64,000 bases of DNA from an uncultured Chloroflexia bacterium (GCA_963734535.1 CAVTHS010000004.1:1-64000); one strand, 5' to 3'. Positions 17,221 through 27,920 are shown, counted from the first letter of the stretch. Program-made: numbers and translations. The notes: generated by a model not told the origin, from the sequence alone.

Positions 17221-18264
17221 ATGGAGACCCAACGGCCTGACGCAGTCCCCGCCGCGGACCCGCGTCCGCCCGTGCCCGCGCCCAAGGGGCCCGTTGCGCG
17301 ACTCGTGGACCGCGTCCTCGAGCTCGGTCCGGTCCGCTGGTCCATCCCGATCCTTGCCCACTACGACGCCGCTGGCGGCGGCCTCCTCGCCTCGGGGCTG
17401 GCGTTCAACTCCCTCTTCGCGATCCTGCCCTTCATCCTCCTGCTGGTCGCTGTCGTCGGGGTCATCCTCGGCGACGCAAGTCGGCTGGCGGCCGTGTCGG
17501 CGAGCCTGTCATTGAGCTTCCCGCCCCTGGCGGGATTCTTCGACGTCGCGCTCGGGGGATTCGCGCGCGGCGCGATCGCGTACTCGATCGTGGGGGTGGT
17601 TGCCCTCATCTGGGGTGCCAGCAGGTTCTACCAGTCGCTCGACGATGCGATGGCCCGGATCTTCGCGAGCAGGCGACGTCGCGATCCCCTGCAGCGCGGC
17701 CTGCTTGGCGTCTTCTCGGTGTTCCTGCTTGCCGCGGTGATCGGCGCCCTCGTCGTCGTTTCGAACTTCGCGACGAGCCTCGCCGGCGACGGGCTACGAG
17801 ATATCCCCCTGGCATCCGCGCCCCTTACGTCCACGATTGGTGCGGGTGTCGCCAGCGTCCTGCTGTTCATCGGTGGGATCGCCCTCATCTATCGCCTCGT
17901 GCCCACCAACCGGCCGAGCTGGCGGATGATCCGGCGGCCGGCCGTGGTCGTCGGTGCGTTCGCGGCGCTCTTCACCTCGCTGTTCGCGATGCTCACCCCC
18001 CAGCTCGTCGGCTCGCTCCAGGTCTACGGCGCCTTCGTTGCCGTCTTCGCCGCCATGATCTGGTTGTCCTTCGTCAGCCAGGTCCTGTTGATCGGGGCAG
18101 CCTGGGTTCACCTGCGGGTGATCAAGGCGCGCGTGGACGCTGTCCGGGAGGAGGCTGTGCATGACCCCCCGCCCTCGGCGCAGTTGATCAGCGCCGCGCA
18201 GGGGCACGTCCCAGACCCCACCGAACCGGTTCGGACCACCGCTCGAGGACGGGGCACCACCTGA
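17221..18264 (+). CDS. YihY/virulence factor BrkB family membrane protein
   Basis: GGLLASGLAFNSLFAILP, IYRLVP, YGAF...MIWL...LLIGA. Confidence 0.9.
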   Translation: METQRPDAVPAADPRPPVPAPKGPVARLVDRVLELGPVRWSIPILAHYDAAGGGLLASGLAFNSLFAILPFILLLVAVVGVILGDASRLAAVSASLSLSFPPLAGFFDVALGGFARGAIAYSIVGVVALIWGASRFYQSLDDAMARIFASRRRRDPLQRGLLGVFSVFLLAAVIGALVVVSNFATSLAGDGLRDIPLASAPLTSTIGAGVASVLLFIGGIALIYRLVPTNRPSWRMIRRPAVVVGAFAALFTSLFAMLTPQLVGSLQVYGAFVAVFAAMIWLSFVSQVLLIGAAWVHLRVIKARVDAVREEAVHDPPPSAQLISAAQGHVPDPTEPVRTTARGRGTT

Positions 18265-19614
18265 CGTCGACCGTGGCGGCTCGCGCGGACGCCGCCATCC
18301 TCGACGCGAAGTCCATGCGGGCCGGATAGCCCCTGGGCCGCCTCCACCGCTGAATCCCATGTGCCCGCGGCTCTCGTCGCGTGCGTCCGGGCGACCGGTC
18401 CACAGCTCGACCAGCAGCCACGCCGCGATCACGGCGAGGAGGACGTTCCGGACAAGCAGGGCCGTGATCACGGGCGTCTCGAGGCGTAACAGCCCCGTGT
18501 AGCCGGTCGTGTAGATCGCGGTCGAGAGTGCCGTGACGGCCAGGAGCAGCCAGCGCATGCGCAGCGGCAGGAGGATCGCGAAGGGCAGGAGCCAGATGAC
18601 GTACTGCACGGACACGACCTTGCTGCCCACCAGGAGCACCCCGATCGCCGCGGCCGACGCGATCTCGACGCTGGAGCCTGGCACGCGCCCAAGCCGGACG
18701 TAGTCCCGCCGGAAGCGCATCGCAGCGATGGCGGTGACGATGCCGAGCAACGCCGCCAGGACGACCGGCGAGGCGGCCACCAGCAGGTCGGAACCGGGCG
18801 CCCGCACCTGGATCGACCCGAACGCGTACGCGACGTCGACAGGCTGGCCCACCAGCGCGTGGAGGCCCAGGAACAGGCCGGCCCCAAGGCTCTCGATCTG
18901 CAGGCCGCGCTCCTCCTGGTAGACGAGCCACTGGAGCGACGCCGGGCCGGCGAGCATCCACGCCGCCGCCATGACGACGACGACGACCGCGGCACAGCCG
19001 GCCACCAGTCGACCGAACCCGGCCCTGTCGCGCCCGGCGAGTGCACAGGCGCCAAGGACGGGCAGGAGGGCGAGCGGGTAGAGCTTGAGCATCGTTCCCA
19101 GCCCGAGCGCGACGCCTGCGGCGCCCGGGCGCCGGTCCACGACCAGGACGGCGACAAGGACGCACAGGACCGGCCAGAGGTCGTAGCGAAGCGCGACGGA
19201 CGCCCACGCGAGGCCGATCAGAACCGCCCACAGCACCAGCGTGGAGCGCGACCTGCCGGTCGCCTGGAAGAGCAGCCAGCCGCCGGCGGCGGCCAGCGCT
19301 CCCTGGACGACGACGAACCGCCAGATGTAGCCGAGGTCGTCGATCCCGCCCGCCGGCGGCGCGAGGAGGGGCACGGTCATCGGCACGAGGGCGAGCGGCG
19401 GGTACTCCACCGTGAAGTCGAGGTACGGGATCGATCCCCCCAGCACCTGGAGGCCGTACCCGCGGTAGACGGCAAGGTCGCTCGCGAAGATGAGCCTGGT
19501 CTGCTCCGGGGTCAGCCCGACGATCAGCACGAGCAGGACGAGCGGTGCAAGGAGCAGCACGAGGAGCGGAGCACGACGCGGATCGAAGCGGGTCACGAAT
19601 GCGCGCACCCGCAC
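17794..19614 (-). CDS. GT-C fold membrane glycosyltransferase (GT87/DUF2029-like)
   Basis: DL.VY, PY.DF.VEYPP, RYDLWP, KLYP, RGLQIES, KV.S.QYV.WL. The recognisable region ends near 18390; the ORF tail overlaps yihY. Confidence 0.85.
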   Translation of the reverse strand: MRVRAFVTRFDPRRAPLLVLLLAPLVLLVLIVGLTPEQTRLIFASDLAVYRGYGLQVLGGSIPYLDFTVEYPPLALVPMTVPLLAPPAGGIDDLGYIWRFVVVQGALAAAGGWLLFQATGRSRSTLVLWAVLIGLAWASVALRYDLWPVLCVLVAVLVVDRRPGAAGVALGLGTMLKLYPLALLPVLGACALAGRDRAGFGRLVAGCAAVVVVVMAAAWMLAGPASLQWLVYQEERGLQIESLGAGLFLGLHALVGQPVDVAYAFGSIQVRAPGSDLLVAASPVVLAALLGIVTAIAAMRFRRDYVRLGRVPGSSVEIASAAAIGVLLVGSKVVSVQYVIWLLPFAILLPLRMRWLLLAVTALSTAIYTTGYTGLLRLETPVITALLVRNVLLAVIAAWLLVELWTGRPDARDESRGHMGFSGGGGPGAIRPAWTSRRGWRRPREPPRSTSGGAPSSSGGPNRFGGVWDVPLRGADQLRRGRGVMHSLLPDSVHARLDHPQVNPGCPDQQDLADEGQPDHGGEDGNEGAVDLERADELGGEHREQRGEERRERTDDHGRPPDHPPARPVGGHEAIDEGDPTDEQQDAGDTRTNRGRKGRGCQGDIS

Positions 19615-19809
19615 ATGTTCGCTCGCGCGGCGTCAGGCATTCCAGCGCTGCTGGCGGTCGGCCCGAGGGCGAACGCGACGGCACCGCTGGGCAACGCAGT
19701 ACCCGAGGCCAGTTCGTGACATCTGTCTCTGGACGCCCGGCGGGCGGCCGTGCACCCTCGGCCGAGGCGCGGGGGCGAGGGGCCACCGGACGTCCAGGGA
19801 GTGATCGAC

Positions 19810-20166
19810 ATGCAGCGCGGCCACAAGCTCACCCGTCCGTCCGGGCTCGATCGGCCCGTGCGGCTCGACCCGTCAGGGATGCCGTTCGTCGAGTCTGGCC
19901 CCACCCGAACGCGCGCGGCGTCGGCGCGCCGGCGGAACCCCCGTTCGCTCCCGGGACTCTCCCCCACCTCTCTCATCGCATCGGTCGAGTCTGTCGCGAC
20001 GACGGACGGCGGCGGCTGGCTCATCTGGGGGTGCGTCGACGATCGCCCGGTCCTGTTCGCCGTCGACGCGGGAGCGGCTGCGGAGATGATGGGCTCGGTC
20101 ACCGCGGGGGGCACGGCGACCGCGATCATCGAGCCGTGGCAGCTGGTGCTCGAACAGCTCGACTGA
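19810..20166 (+). CDS. Hypothetical protein
   Basis: GGAG RBS; globular-looking C-terminal half. Confidence 0.55.
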   Translation: MQRGHKLTRPSGLDRPVRLDPSGMPFVESGPTRTRAASARRRNPRSLPGLSPTSLIASVESVATTDGGGWLIWGCVDDRPVLFAVDAGAAAEMMGSVTAGGTATAIIEPWQLVLEQLD

Positions 20167-20196
20167 CGGCCGGCGGGCGCCGGGGTCCTCGTCGCC

Positions 20197-21918
20197 CTAC
20201 GGCAGCAGGGCCGGGATCGCCTCGAGCGGGACGGGGTTGGCAGCCAGGACCACCTCGGCGGCGGCCCGGACTCGCGGTGCGAGCGAGGCCACGAAGGTCC
20301 GCGCCACCGGCTTCTTGCCCTCCGCGACGGTGGTGTCGCGCAGCAGCAGCCAGCCACCGACGACCCCGATCGCCATCTCGACCAGGTCGACGGCGTAGTA
20401 GTCCACGCGGTCGCGCTCGGGCAGGGCCTTGAGCCCGTCCACGGCCTTGCCGAAGAGGCCGGTCAGCTCATCGAGGAGCGCCTTCTCGGGCGCCATGTCG
20501 GCCGGATACTCGGCGGCCTGCCACTCGGCGAGGAGCGGATCGAGCGAGCGGTTGAGCAGCTTGCCGATGGCGGCGACCACCTGGAGCTGGCTCGTGCCCT
20601 CGTAGATGTTGGTGACGCGGACGTCCCGGAAGAGGCGCTCGATGTTGAACTCGCGGATGTAGCCCACGCCGCCATGCACCTGCATCGCCTGGTAGCAGAC
20701 CCGGTTGCCCATCTCGGTGGCGCAGTACTTGACCATCGGGGTCAGCGTGTCGGCCAGCGCCTGGGCCTGCTTGTGACGGGCGCGCATCGCCGGGCCGGCC
20801 TCGGCGCCGGCCTCTCCGAGCGCCCGTTCGTAGACCTTCCACAGGTCCACCCAGCGTCCGGTCTCGGCGAGGATCGCCCGCGTGGCCTGCAGGTCCACCT
20901 TCATGGTGAGCAGCAGCCGGGCGACCGCCGGCAGGACCCGGATCGGCTTGCCGAACTGGATGCGCTCGCGGGAGTACTGGTCGGCCTCCCGGTAGGCGGC
21001 CTCGGCGATGCCGAGGGCCTGGGCGGCAACGGCCAGGCGGGCGCCGTTCATCAGGCCCATGGCGTAGCGCATCAGCCCGAAGCGGCGCTTCCCGAGCAGG
21101 ATCGCCGGCGTGTTCGTGTACTGGATCTCGCACGTGGGCGACGCGTGGATCCCCATCTTGTTCTCGATGCGCCGGATCTTGACCGTGGCGTCCCGCTCGA
21201 CCACGAACATGGAGAGGCCGCGGGCGTCGGTGGAGCCTTCCTCGCTCCGGGCGAGGACCAGGGACACGTCCGCCAGCCCGTTGGTGATGAAGCGCTTGAC
21301 GCCATTGAGGCGCCACTCACCGGTGGCCTCGTCGAGGGTGGCCCGCGTCGCGACGGCGCCGAGGTCCGAGCCGGCGTCCGCCTCGGTCAGGACCATCGCC
21401 CCGGAGACCTCGCCGCGCGCGAAGCGGGGCAGGATCCGCGCCTTGGTCTCCGGATCGCCGTACTCCTCGAGCGACGAGGCGATCTCCTGGAGGCCGTACA
21501 CGGTCATGAGCCCGCTCTCGGCTCGGGCCACCATCTCGACCATCATCTGGTAGATCGACTCGGGCAGGTTCAGGCCACCGTGCTCGCGTGAGAGCATCGC
21601 CCCGAAGAGCTCGGCCTGGCGGAGCGCCTCGATGGCGTCCAGGGTGGCCGCGGCATAGGTGACCTCGCCGTCGTCCCAGTGGGCGCCTTCCTCATCCGCC
21701 TCCGCGGCCCGGGGTGCGACCCGCTCACCGCAGATCTCGCCGAGGATGTCGAGGACGATGCGGTAGTTGTCCACCGCATCGGCGTAGTTGCGCGGGGCGG
21801 TGGGATAGATGTCCGACTCGGCGTAACCCTTCTCCTTGAGCTCCAGCACCTCGCGGAGATCGAGGTGCTCGAGGCGGAGCTGCAGGTCCGGGTTGTCGAG
21901 GAAGAAGTTCTCGCTCAT
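20197..21918 (-). CDS. Acyl-CoA dehydrogenase (573 aa, C-terminally extended type)
   Basis: MVLTEADAGSDL, LNGVKRFITNG, KMGIHASPT, QVHGGVGY, IYEGTSQLQ. Confidence 0.96.
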   Translation of the reverse strand: MSENFFLDNPDLQLRLEHLDLREVLELKEKGYAESDIYPTAPRNYADAVDNYRIVLDILGEICGERVAPRAAEADEEGAHWDDGEVTYAAATLDAIEALRQAELFGAMLSREHGGLNLPESIYQMMVEMVARAESGLMTVYGLQEIASSLEEYGDPETKARILPRFARGEVSGAMVLTEADAGSDLGAVATRATLDEATGEWRLNGVKRFITNGLADVSLVLARSEEGSTDARGLSMFVVERDATVKIRRIENKMGIHASPTCEIQYTNTPAILLGKRRFGLMRYAMGLMNGARLAVAAQALGIAEAAYREADQYSRERIQFGKPIRVLPAVARLLLTMKVDLQATRAILAETGRWVDLWKVYERALGEAGAEAGPAMRARHKQAQALADTLTPMVKYCATEMGNRVCYQAMQVHGGVGYIREFNIERLFRDVRVTNIYEGTSQLQVVAAIGKLLNRSLDPLLAEWQAAEYPADMAPEKALLDELTGLFGKAVDGLKALPERDRVDYYAVDLVEMAIGVVGGWLLLRDTTVAEGKKPVARTFVASLAPRVRAAAEVVLAANPVPLEAIPALLP

Positions 21919-22958
21919 TCGGTTTCTTCTCGGTGGTCCATGGATCGCTCGCGCAGCGCCTTGATGATCATGGGCAGGACCTCGCCGACGTCACCCACGA
22001 TGCGGTAGTGCGCGATCTGGAGCATCGGCGCGGTGGGGTCGGTATTGATGGCGATGATCTTCGACGACTGGTCCATCCCGGCCCGGTGCTGGATGGCGCC
22101 CGAGATGCCCGCGGCGATGTAGAGACGGGGCCGGACCGTCGTGCCGGTCTGGCCGACCTGGTGCTCACGGCCGATCCAGCCGGCGTCGACGGCTGCGCGC
22201 GAGGCGCCGACCTCGCCACCGAGCAGGTTGGCCAGGTCGCGCAGCAGGGCGAACTCCTCGGCGTCGGAGATGCCGGCGCCCCCGGCAACGACCACCGGCG
22301 CGTCCTTGAGCTTGACGGTGGAGTGGCGGACCTGGCGGCTCAGGATCTCGAGGGCGAAGTCGCCCGGCTCGAACTCGGGGATCACGGCCTCGACGACGCC
22401 GTTCCGGCTCGCGTCGGGGGCGGGCATGCGCATGACCCCTTCGCGAACCGTGGCCATCTGGGGCCGGCTGTTCGGGTTCACGATGGTGGCGACCAGGTTG
22501 CCTCCGAAGGCGGGCCGGATCTGGAAGAGCAGGTTCCTGAACGTCCTGCCCTCGCGCCTGCTCTCGTAGTCGCCGATCTGGAGGTCGGTGCAGTCGGCAG
22601 TCAGGCCGCAGCGCAGGGCGCTGGCAACGCGCGGCGCGAGGTCCCGGCCGTTGGGCGTGCCGCCGACCAGGAAGATCTCCGGCTGGCGCCTCCGCGCCTC
22701 GGTGATCGCCACGCGTGCATAGGGCAGCGTCCGGTACGACGCCAGCTCGGCATCGTCGGCGAGGAGGACGCGATCGGCGCCGTGCCGGATGACGTCCCTC
22801 GCCGCCTCCTCGACGTCGTGCCCGCACAGGAGGCCCACGACTTCGTAGCCCAGCGGATCGGCCAGCTCGCGGGCGCGACCGGTCAGCTCCATGCTCACGT
22901 CGGCGACGCGGCCGTCGACCTGCTCGATGAAGACCCAGATGCTCTGCTGCTCGGTCAT
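21915..22958 (-). CDS. etfA: Electron transfer flavoprotein alpha subunit
   Basis: [37 protein letters not shown]. Confidence 0.96.
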   Translation of the reverse strand: MTEQQSIWVFIEQVDGRVADVSMELTGRARELADPLGYEVVGLLCGHDVEEAARDVIRHGADRVLLADDAELASYRTLPYARVAITEARRRQPEIFLVGGTPNGRDLAPRVASALRCGLTADCTDLQIGDYESRREGRTFRNLLFQIRPAFGGNLVATIVNPNSRPQMATVREGVMRMPAPDASRNGVVEAVIPEFEPGDFALEILSRQVRHSTVKLKDAPVVVAGGAGISDAEEFALLRDLANLLGGEVGASRAAVDAGWIGREHQVGQTGTTVRPRLYIAAGISGAIQHRAGMDQSSKIIAINTDPTAPMLQIAHYRIVGDVGEVLPMIIKALRERSMDHREETE

Positions 22959-22964
22959 GGCCGG

Positions 22965-23870
22965 CTACCCGACGATGTACTCGTGGACCAGCTCCGCCAC
23001 CATGGCGGCGATGGCCTCGGGCGTGGGCTGGACCGTCTTGCTCTCGGTGCTCTCCAGGACCACGAAGTTGATCCGGTGGACCTGCGTCGGCGAGCCGGCC
23101 AGGCCGATGCTGTCGGCGGCGACGCCGATGTCGTCCGCGGTCCAGACCGGGATCTCGAGGTCATGGGCGGCCAGGTACGCCTCCAGCGCACCCTTGGTCT
23201 CGAACTCGGGCCACTGCGTCCGGAGCGCCGCGAACTCGCCGGCCGTCGCGGCCAGCTTGCGCGCGATCTGCCTGCGGACCGAGGGTGGCCGTGGCGTGTT
23301 GGCCGAGCCCACGACCGTCAGGAGGCACGGCATCGTGCAACGGACGATCTCCGAGCCGGAATCGAGGGCGCGCTGGGCGGTGATCCGGCCGTCGGCAATC
23401 TCCAGGATGGACTCGGCGTAGGTGATCTGCGGGATTCCCAGCTTCTCCGCCGTCTGCGGGCCCACCTGGGCCGTGTCGCCGTCGATGGCCTGGCGGCCCG
23501 CCATGACCAGGTCATAGCGGCCGATCTTCTCGATCGCCTTCTGGAGCGCGAAGGACGTGGCCAGCGTGTCGGCTCCCGCGAACCGGCGATCGGTCAGCAG
23601 GATCACCCTGTCTGCTCCGCGCCAGAGCGATTCGCGCAGGATGTCGGCCGCCTTCGGCGGGCCCATCGTGATGACCGTGACCGTCCCGCCGTGGCGGTCC
23701 TTGACCTGGAGGGCCATCTCGAGGGCGTTCAGGTCCTCCGGGTTGAAGATGGCCGACAGCGCACCGCGGTTCATGGTGCCGTCCCTGGTCATCACGTCGC
23801 CGGTGATGTTGTGGGTGTTTGGCACCTGCTTGGCCAGGACCACGATGTCGATCGGTCTGGAGTCGGTCAT
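22965..23870 (-). CDS. etfB: Electron transfer flavoprotein beta subunit
   Basis: KQVP, NPEDLNALE, GADTLATS, GRQAIDGDTAQVGP. Confidence 0.96.
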   Translation of the reverse strand: MTDSRPIDIVVLAKQVPNTHNITGDVMTRDGTMNRGALSAIFNPEDLNALEMALQVKDRHGGTVTVITMGPPKAADILRESLWRGADRVILLTDRRFAGADTLATSFALQKAIEKIGRYDLVMAGRQAIDGDTAQVGPQTAEKLGIPQITYAESILEIADGRITAQRALDSGSEIVRCTMPCLLTVVGSANTPRPPSVRRQIARKLAATAGEFAALRTQWPEFETKGALEAYLAAHDLEIPVWTADDIGVAADSIGLAGSPTQVHRINFVVLESTESKTVQPTPEAIAAMVAELVHEYIVG

Positions 23871-24141
23871 CCGGGTCTCCGGGGTTCGCCGGCGAGCGCC
23901 GGCAGCTGGCGTGTCGAAGCTCGTGGGGTTGCGGACGCCGGACGGCTGGCGGGACGGTTCCGGACGTCCGCTGCGTTCCGCTGAAGGATAGCCGCGGGGA
24001 GGGCGGGTTGTACGTCCACGCCAGGCGCCGATCGGTCCGACCCGCGCGCCAGGCGGGAGGCTGTGTCGACGGACCGAATCCGCCAGCGGGTGCCGATCGT
24101 CCCGGGTATCCGCCGTCGAAGACGTGGACTATGCTCGCGTC

Positions 24142-24819
24142 GTGGCTACCGATCGCCCCGAGCCTCCCGCCGACGAGCCAGAACGGCCCGGCGGACCGCT
24201 CACCGCGGCATTCAGCGGCGGCCGCCCTCAGCACCTGCGGCAGGGCACGATCCTGTTCACCGAGGGCGATGCCTCAAATCGGGTCGTTCTGCTTGTCTCG
24301 GGTCGGGTGAAGGTTTCCTCCTTCTCGGAGGACGGCCACGAGACCGTCCTGGGGTACCGCGGTGCCGGCGACGTGCTCGGCGAGCTCGCCGCGATCGACG
24401 GCGACGAGCACCTCGCGACCGTCACGGTCGTCGAGGCCGGGGAGGCCCTGGTCCTCCCTGCCGATCGGTTCCGCGCAGCCCTCGCGGAGCAGCCGGGGCT
24501 CGCGCTGGTCCTCCTGCGCTCGATCGTGGGACGGTTGCGCGATGCCGATCGCAAGCGCGCGGAGTTCACCGCGCTCGACGTCGTGGGGCGGGTGGCCCAC
24601 CGGCTGGTCGAGCTTGCCGAACGCTATGGCGACGCGTCCGGGGATGTGATCCGGATCGATCTTGCGATCTCCCAACGCGAGCTGGCGGGCTGGGTGGGCT
24701 CGTCGCGCGAGGCGGTGAACAAGGCCCTCGGGCAGCTGGAGCGACGTGGGCTCATCACCGCCGAGCGACGCCATCTCACCGTCCTCGACATCGACGGGCT
24801 CCGCGGGCGCGTCAGCTAG
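24142..24819 (+). CDS. Crp/Fnr family transcriptional regulator
   Basis: cNMP-binding barrel (LFTEGD, SGRVKV, GDVLGELA) plus HTH (SQRELAGWVGSSREAVNKAL); start GTG 24142 inferred, alternative 24124. Confidence 0.93.
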   Translation: MATDRPEPPADEPERPGGPLTAAFSGGRPQHLRQGTILFTEGDASNRVVLLVSGRVKVSSFSEDGHETVLGYRGAGDVLGELAAIDGDEHLATVTVVEAGEALVLPADRFRAALAEQPGLALVLLRSIVGRLRDADRKRAEFTALDVVGRVAHRLVELAERYGDASGDVIRIDLAISQRELAGWVGSSREAVNKALGQLERRGLITAERRHLTVLDIDGLRGRVS

Positions 24820-27644
24820 ACCCGACCACCCTCGGTCGGCGGTGGCACGGCGAGTGCGAGCTCCACGGCCGCGTCCGCGGTCATCTGGCGGCCTTCCGCC
24901 CACGCTTCGTCGACGGCTGCGCGATCCGGCCGTTCCCGGAGCCGCGCAACGGCCGCGTCGTGGTCCTCGTGCTCCATGCCCATCGCCTGCATCGGCGAGC
25001 CGGCGACCTCACGGAGGGCCTCCGCGGCTCCAAGGAGCCGAGCTGCCCGGGATCCCTGCCCGCGGGCCAGGGCAAGGTACGCGATGGACTCGAGCTGGTT
25101 CGCGAGCGCCCCACGGTTGCCGAGATGGAGCCACTCCCGGATCGTCAGGCGGTAGATGGCCTCGGCCTCGTCGAAGGCGTCCCCGTGGCGGAGGGCGTGA
25201 GCGAGCTCGCTCATGGCGATGACCTCGAAGCGGCGGTCGCCGATGGCCCGGTACCCGGCGATTGCCTGGTCGAACCACGTCCGCGCCTCCGCGATGCCCG
25301 CGACATAGCTCAAGATATTGCCCCGGGCGAGCGCGGCAAAGGCGATCGTCGCCGGATTGCCGGAACGTCGCGCCGCTTCTGTCGCCTCCGCCGCGCGGGC
25401 TCTCGCGAGTGCCGGGGCATCATGACGCGCGTTCTCGGCGGCGACCCAGTGCACGAAGACGACGGACCACCAGTCACCCTGCCGCGCGGCCACGTCCCGC
25501 AGCGCATCGGCGGCCCTGTCCACGCCGTCCATCGTGCTGGAGAACGTCGCCACGAGGAACGCCGCCGAGAGGGCGAGGCTGAGTGCCCGGTCGTCGCCCG
25601 TGCGGCGGGCAAGCGCGAGCGCCTCGTCCGACCACTCGCGAGCGACGATTGCGTCGGCCCACAGCGCGTGTGCCTCGGCCGCCGTGGCCAGGGTCCGGGC
25701 AAGCACCAGGGAACCTTCGGGCGTCGGCGGAGCTCCGTCGGCCGACACGAGTGACCGCGCCAGGTCGACGGCCTGGTCGAGGCGTTCGAGGCCCTCGGAC
25801 CCGACGCTCCGCAGTCGCCAGTACGAGCGCATCGACAGGCACATGTCGATGGCGGCCTCCGGCTCAGCCCGGAATGCCCACCCGAGGGCCGCGCGCAGGT
25901 TCTCCGACTCCGGATCGAGTCGCTTGAGCCAGGCGACCATGTCGGGCCCCCGCAGGGCAGACTCGGCCTGGGTCGCCAGCGCCAGGAAGTGCGCGAGATG
26001 GCGCCCGCGAATCGTCTCGGCCTCACCGCTCGCGACGAGCTTCGCGCTCGCGTACTGCCGGATCGTTTCGAGCATCCCGTATCGCGTCGGCCCGGCCCGA
26101 TCCAGGCTTACGAGGGACCGGGCCACCAGCCTCTCGAGGCCGTCGAGGGCCGCCATGGCGTCGCCCTGATCGGTCACCGCCGCTGCGGCCTCGAGGGTCC
26201 AGCCGCCGACGAACACGGACAGCTGCCCCAGGAACCTTCGATCGGCCTCCGAGAGCAGGTCCCAGCTCCAGTCGATGGCCGCCTGCAGGGTCTGCTGGCG
26301 AGGGAGGGCCGCGCGACTGCCGCCGGTGAGCAGGCGGAACCGATCGCCAAGTCGGTCGGCGATCTCCTCGACCGACAGGACGGCGACGCGTGCCGACGCG
26401 AGCTCCAGCGCCAGGGGGATGCCATCGAGGCGCCGGCAGACCTCGACGACCGCGCTCACGTTTGCGTCATCGAGCCTGAACGAGGGGAGCACGGAACGGG
26501 CGCGTTCGACGAACAGGCGGACCGCCTCGACCTCGCCGATCTGGACGAGTCCTCGTTCGTCGACCGCCGAGCGCGGGTCGAGTGCATCAGGCAGGCCCAG
26601 TGACGGAACGGTCAGGACCGCCTCGCCCCCGACGCCGAGGGGCTCACGGCTGGACGCGAGCACGCGGAGGGTCGGGCATGACGCGAGGAGGCGGTGGGCC
26701 AGCGCCGACGCGGCGTCGATGAGGTGCTCGCAGTTGTCCAGGAGGAGGACAAGGTCTTTCGACCGAAGGAAATCGATGACCCTGTCCATCGTCTCCCGAC
26801 CCGGTTCCTGGTGGACACCGAGTGCCCGCGCCACTTCCGCCACGACGAGGCCAGGGTCGCTGATCGGCGCGAGCTCGACGAAGCACGCACCATGGCGGTG
26901 CAGATCGGCGACGGGCACGGCGGCCTGGATCATCAACCGGGTCTTGCCGATCCCGCCGACACCGACGAGCGTCACGAGTCGGCCGGCCTGGAGCATGGCG
27001 GCGACCTCCGCGAGCTGGTGCTCGCGCCCGACGAAAGTGGTCAGCTGGACGGGAAGCGTCGTCCGCGGCGTCGTGCTCGAGCGAAGCGGTGGAAAGTCGG
27101 ACGCAAGCCCGTCGATGACCAGCTGATGGATGCGCTCCGGTTCCGCGAGTCCCCGCAGATCGTGCTGCCCGAGGTCCCTGACGCCGACACCCGGCGGCAG
27201 TCCCCGGGCCGTTACCGCTCGGGTGGCCTCCGACAGCAGTACCTGCCCGCCATGGGCTGCCGAGGAGATGCGCGCCGCCCGATTGATGTCGAGACCGACG
27301 TATCCGTCGCCTCCGGCGATCCCCTGCCCCGTGTGCAGGCCCATCCGCACACGAACCGCGGCGCCGGTGGGCCACGTCTCGGCGGCGAGCGCGCGCTGCG
27401 CCTCGATCGCGGCCGTAACCGCGGACGATGCGTCCTGGAAGACGACGAGAAACGAATCGCCGGCGGTGCCCGCGTCGACGCCGTCGTGAGCCGCCACGGC
27501 ATCACGGATGAGTCGGTTGTGGCGCTCGAGGACATCGCGGAACGCCCGTGGCCCGATCTTCGCGACCAGCTGGGTCGAGCCTTCGATGTCCGTGAAGAGA
27601 AACGTCACGGTCCCCAGCGGCAGGTCGGGCCTCGACTCGCGCAT
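24816..27644 (-). CDS. Class III nucleotide cyclase fused to a STAND/NB-ARC-like ATPase and TPR-like helical region
   Basis: TFLFTDIEGST, GDSF, VRMGLHTG, NRAARI; P-loop GVGGIGKT; LLLDNCEH; LDGIPLALELA. Confidence 0.93.
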   Translation of the reverse strand: MRESRPDLPLGTVTFLFTDIEGSTQLVAKIGPRAFRDVLERHNRLIRDAVAAHDGVDAGTAGDSFLVVFQDASSAVTAAIEAQRALAAETWPTGAAVRVRMGLHTGQGIAGGDGYVGLDINRAARISSAAHGGQVLLSEATRAVTARGLPPGVGVRDLGQHDLRGLAEPERIHQLVIDGLASDFPPLRSSTTPRTTLPVQLTTFVGREHQLAEVAAMLQAGRLVTLVGVGGIGKTRLMIQAAVPVADLHRHGACFVELAPISDPGLVVAEVARALGVHQEPGRETMDRVIDFLRSKDLVLLLDNCEHLIDAASALAHRLLASCPTLRVLASSREPLGVGGEAVLTVPSLGLPDALDPRSAVDERGLVQIGEVEAVRLFVERARSVLPSFRLDDANVSAVVEVCRRLDGIPLALELASARVAVLSVEEIADRLGDRFRLLTGGSRAALPRQQTLQAAIDWSWDLLSEADRRFLGQLSVFVGGWTLEAAAAVTDQGDAMAALDGLERLVARSLVSLDRAGPTRYGMLETIRQYASAKLVASGEAETIRGRHLAHFLALATQAESALRGPDMVAWLKRLDPESENLRAALGWAFRAEPEAAIDMCLSMRSYWRLRSVGSEGLERLDQAVDLARSLVSADGAPPTPEGSLVLARTLATAAEAHALWADAIVAREWSDEALALARRTGDDRALSLALSAAFLVATFSSTMDGVDRAADALRDVAARQGDWWSVVFVHWVAAENARHDAPALARARAAEATEAARRSGNPATIAFAALARGNILSYVAGIAEARTWFDQAIAGYRAIGDRRFEVIAMSELAHALRHGDAFDEAEAIYRLTIREWLHLGNRGALANQLESIAYLALARGQGSRAARLLGAAEALREVAGSPMQAMGMEHEDHDAAVARLRERPDRAAVDEAWAEGRQMTADAAVELALAVPPPTEGGRV

Positions 27645-27920
27645 GTCGGCTGAACCTTACCGCGACGGTCGAGGCCGGATCCAAGCCCGGTTTCGCTCGG
27701 GCTGCCTGCGGGTTCTCGCCTCCGGAGCCGGACCGCCGTCGGGATGATCGGATCCGATGGGCTGTTCGTGGTCACGCATCGGACAGCCCGGGTGAGATGA
27801 AGTACCGCTCCGGGCGTGAACAATCCCCTCCCGAGCGCACCCACGGGGCGGGACAGTCCACTGGTCAGCGAGGCACATCGCCCCGCCTCGACGAATCGCA
27901 CAGCGAGGAAGGAGCCAGAC

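Noticed and set aside
19678-19760. GGCAAC at 19690 upstream of the 19810 gene
   Set aside because: No palindromic partner and no hexamer at 43-44 nt.
1-20190. Mobile element or prophage explanation for the accessory cluster
   Set aside because: No integrase, transposase, phage gene, tRNA or flanking direct repeat is visible in this window.
27761-27806. Possible CRP boxes (GCTGT-N6-TCACG; GGTGA-N6-GTACC) between the cyclase and the secreted protein
   Set aside because: Only half matches to TGTGA-N6-TCACA; too weak to call.
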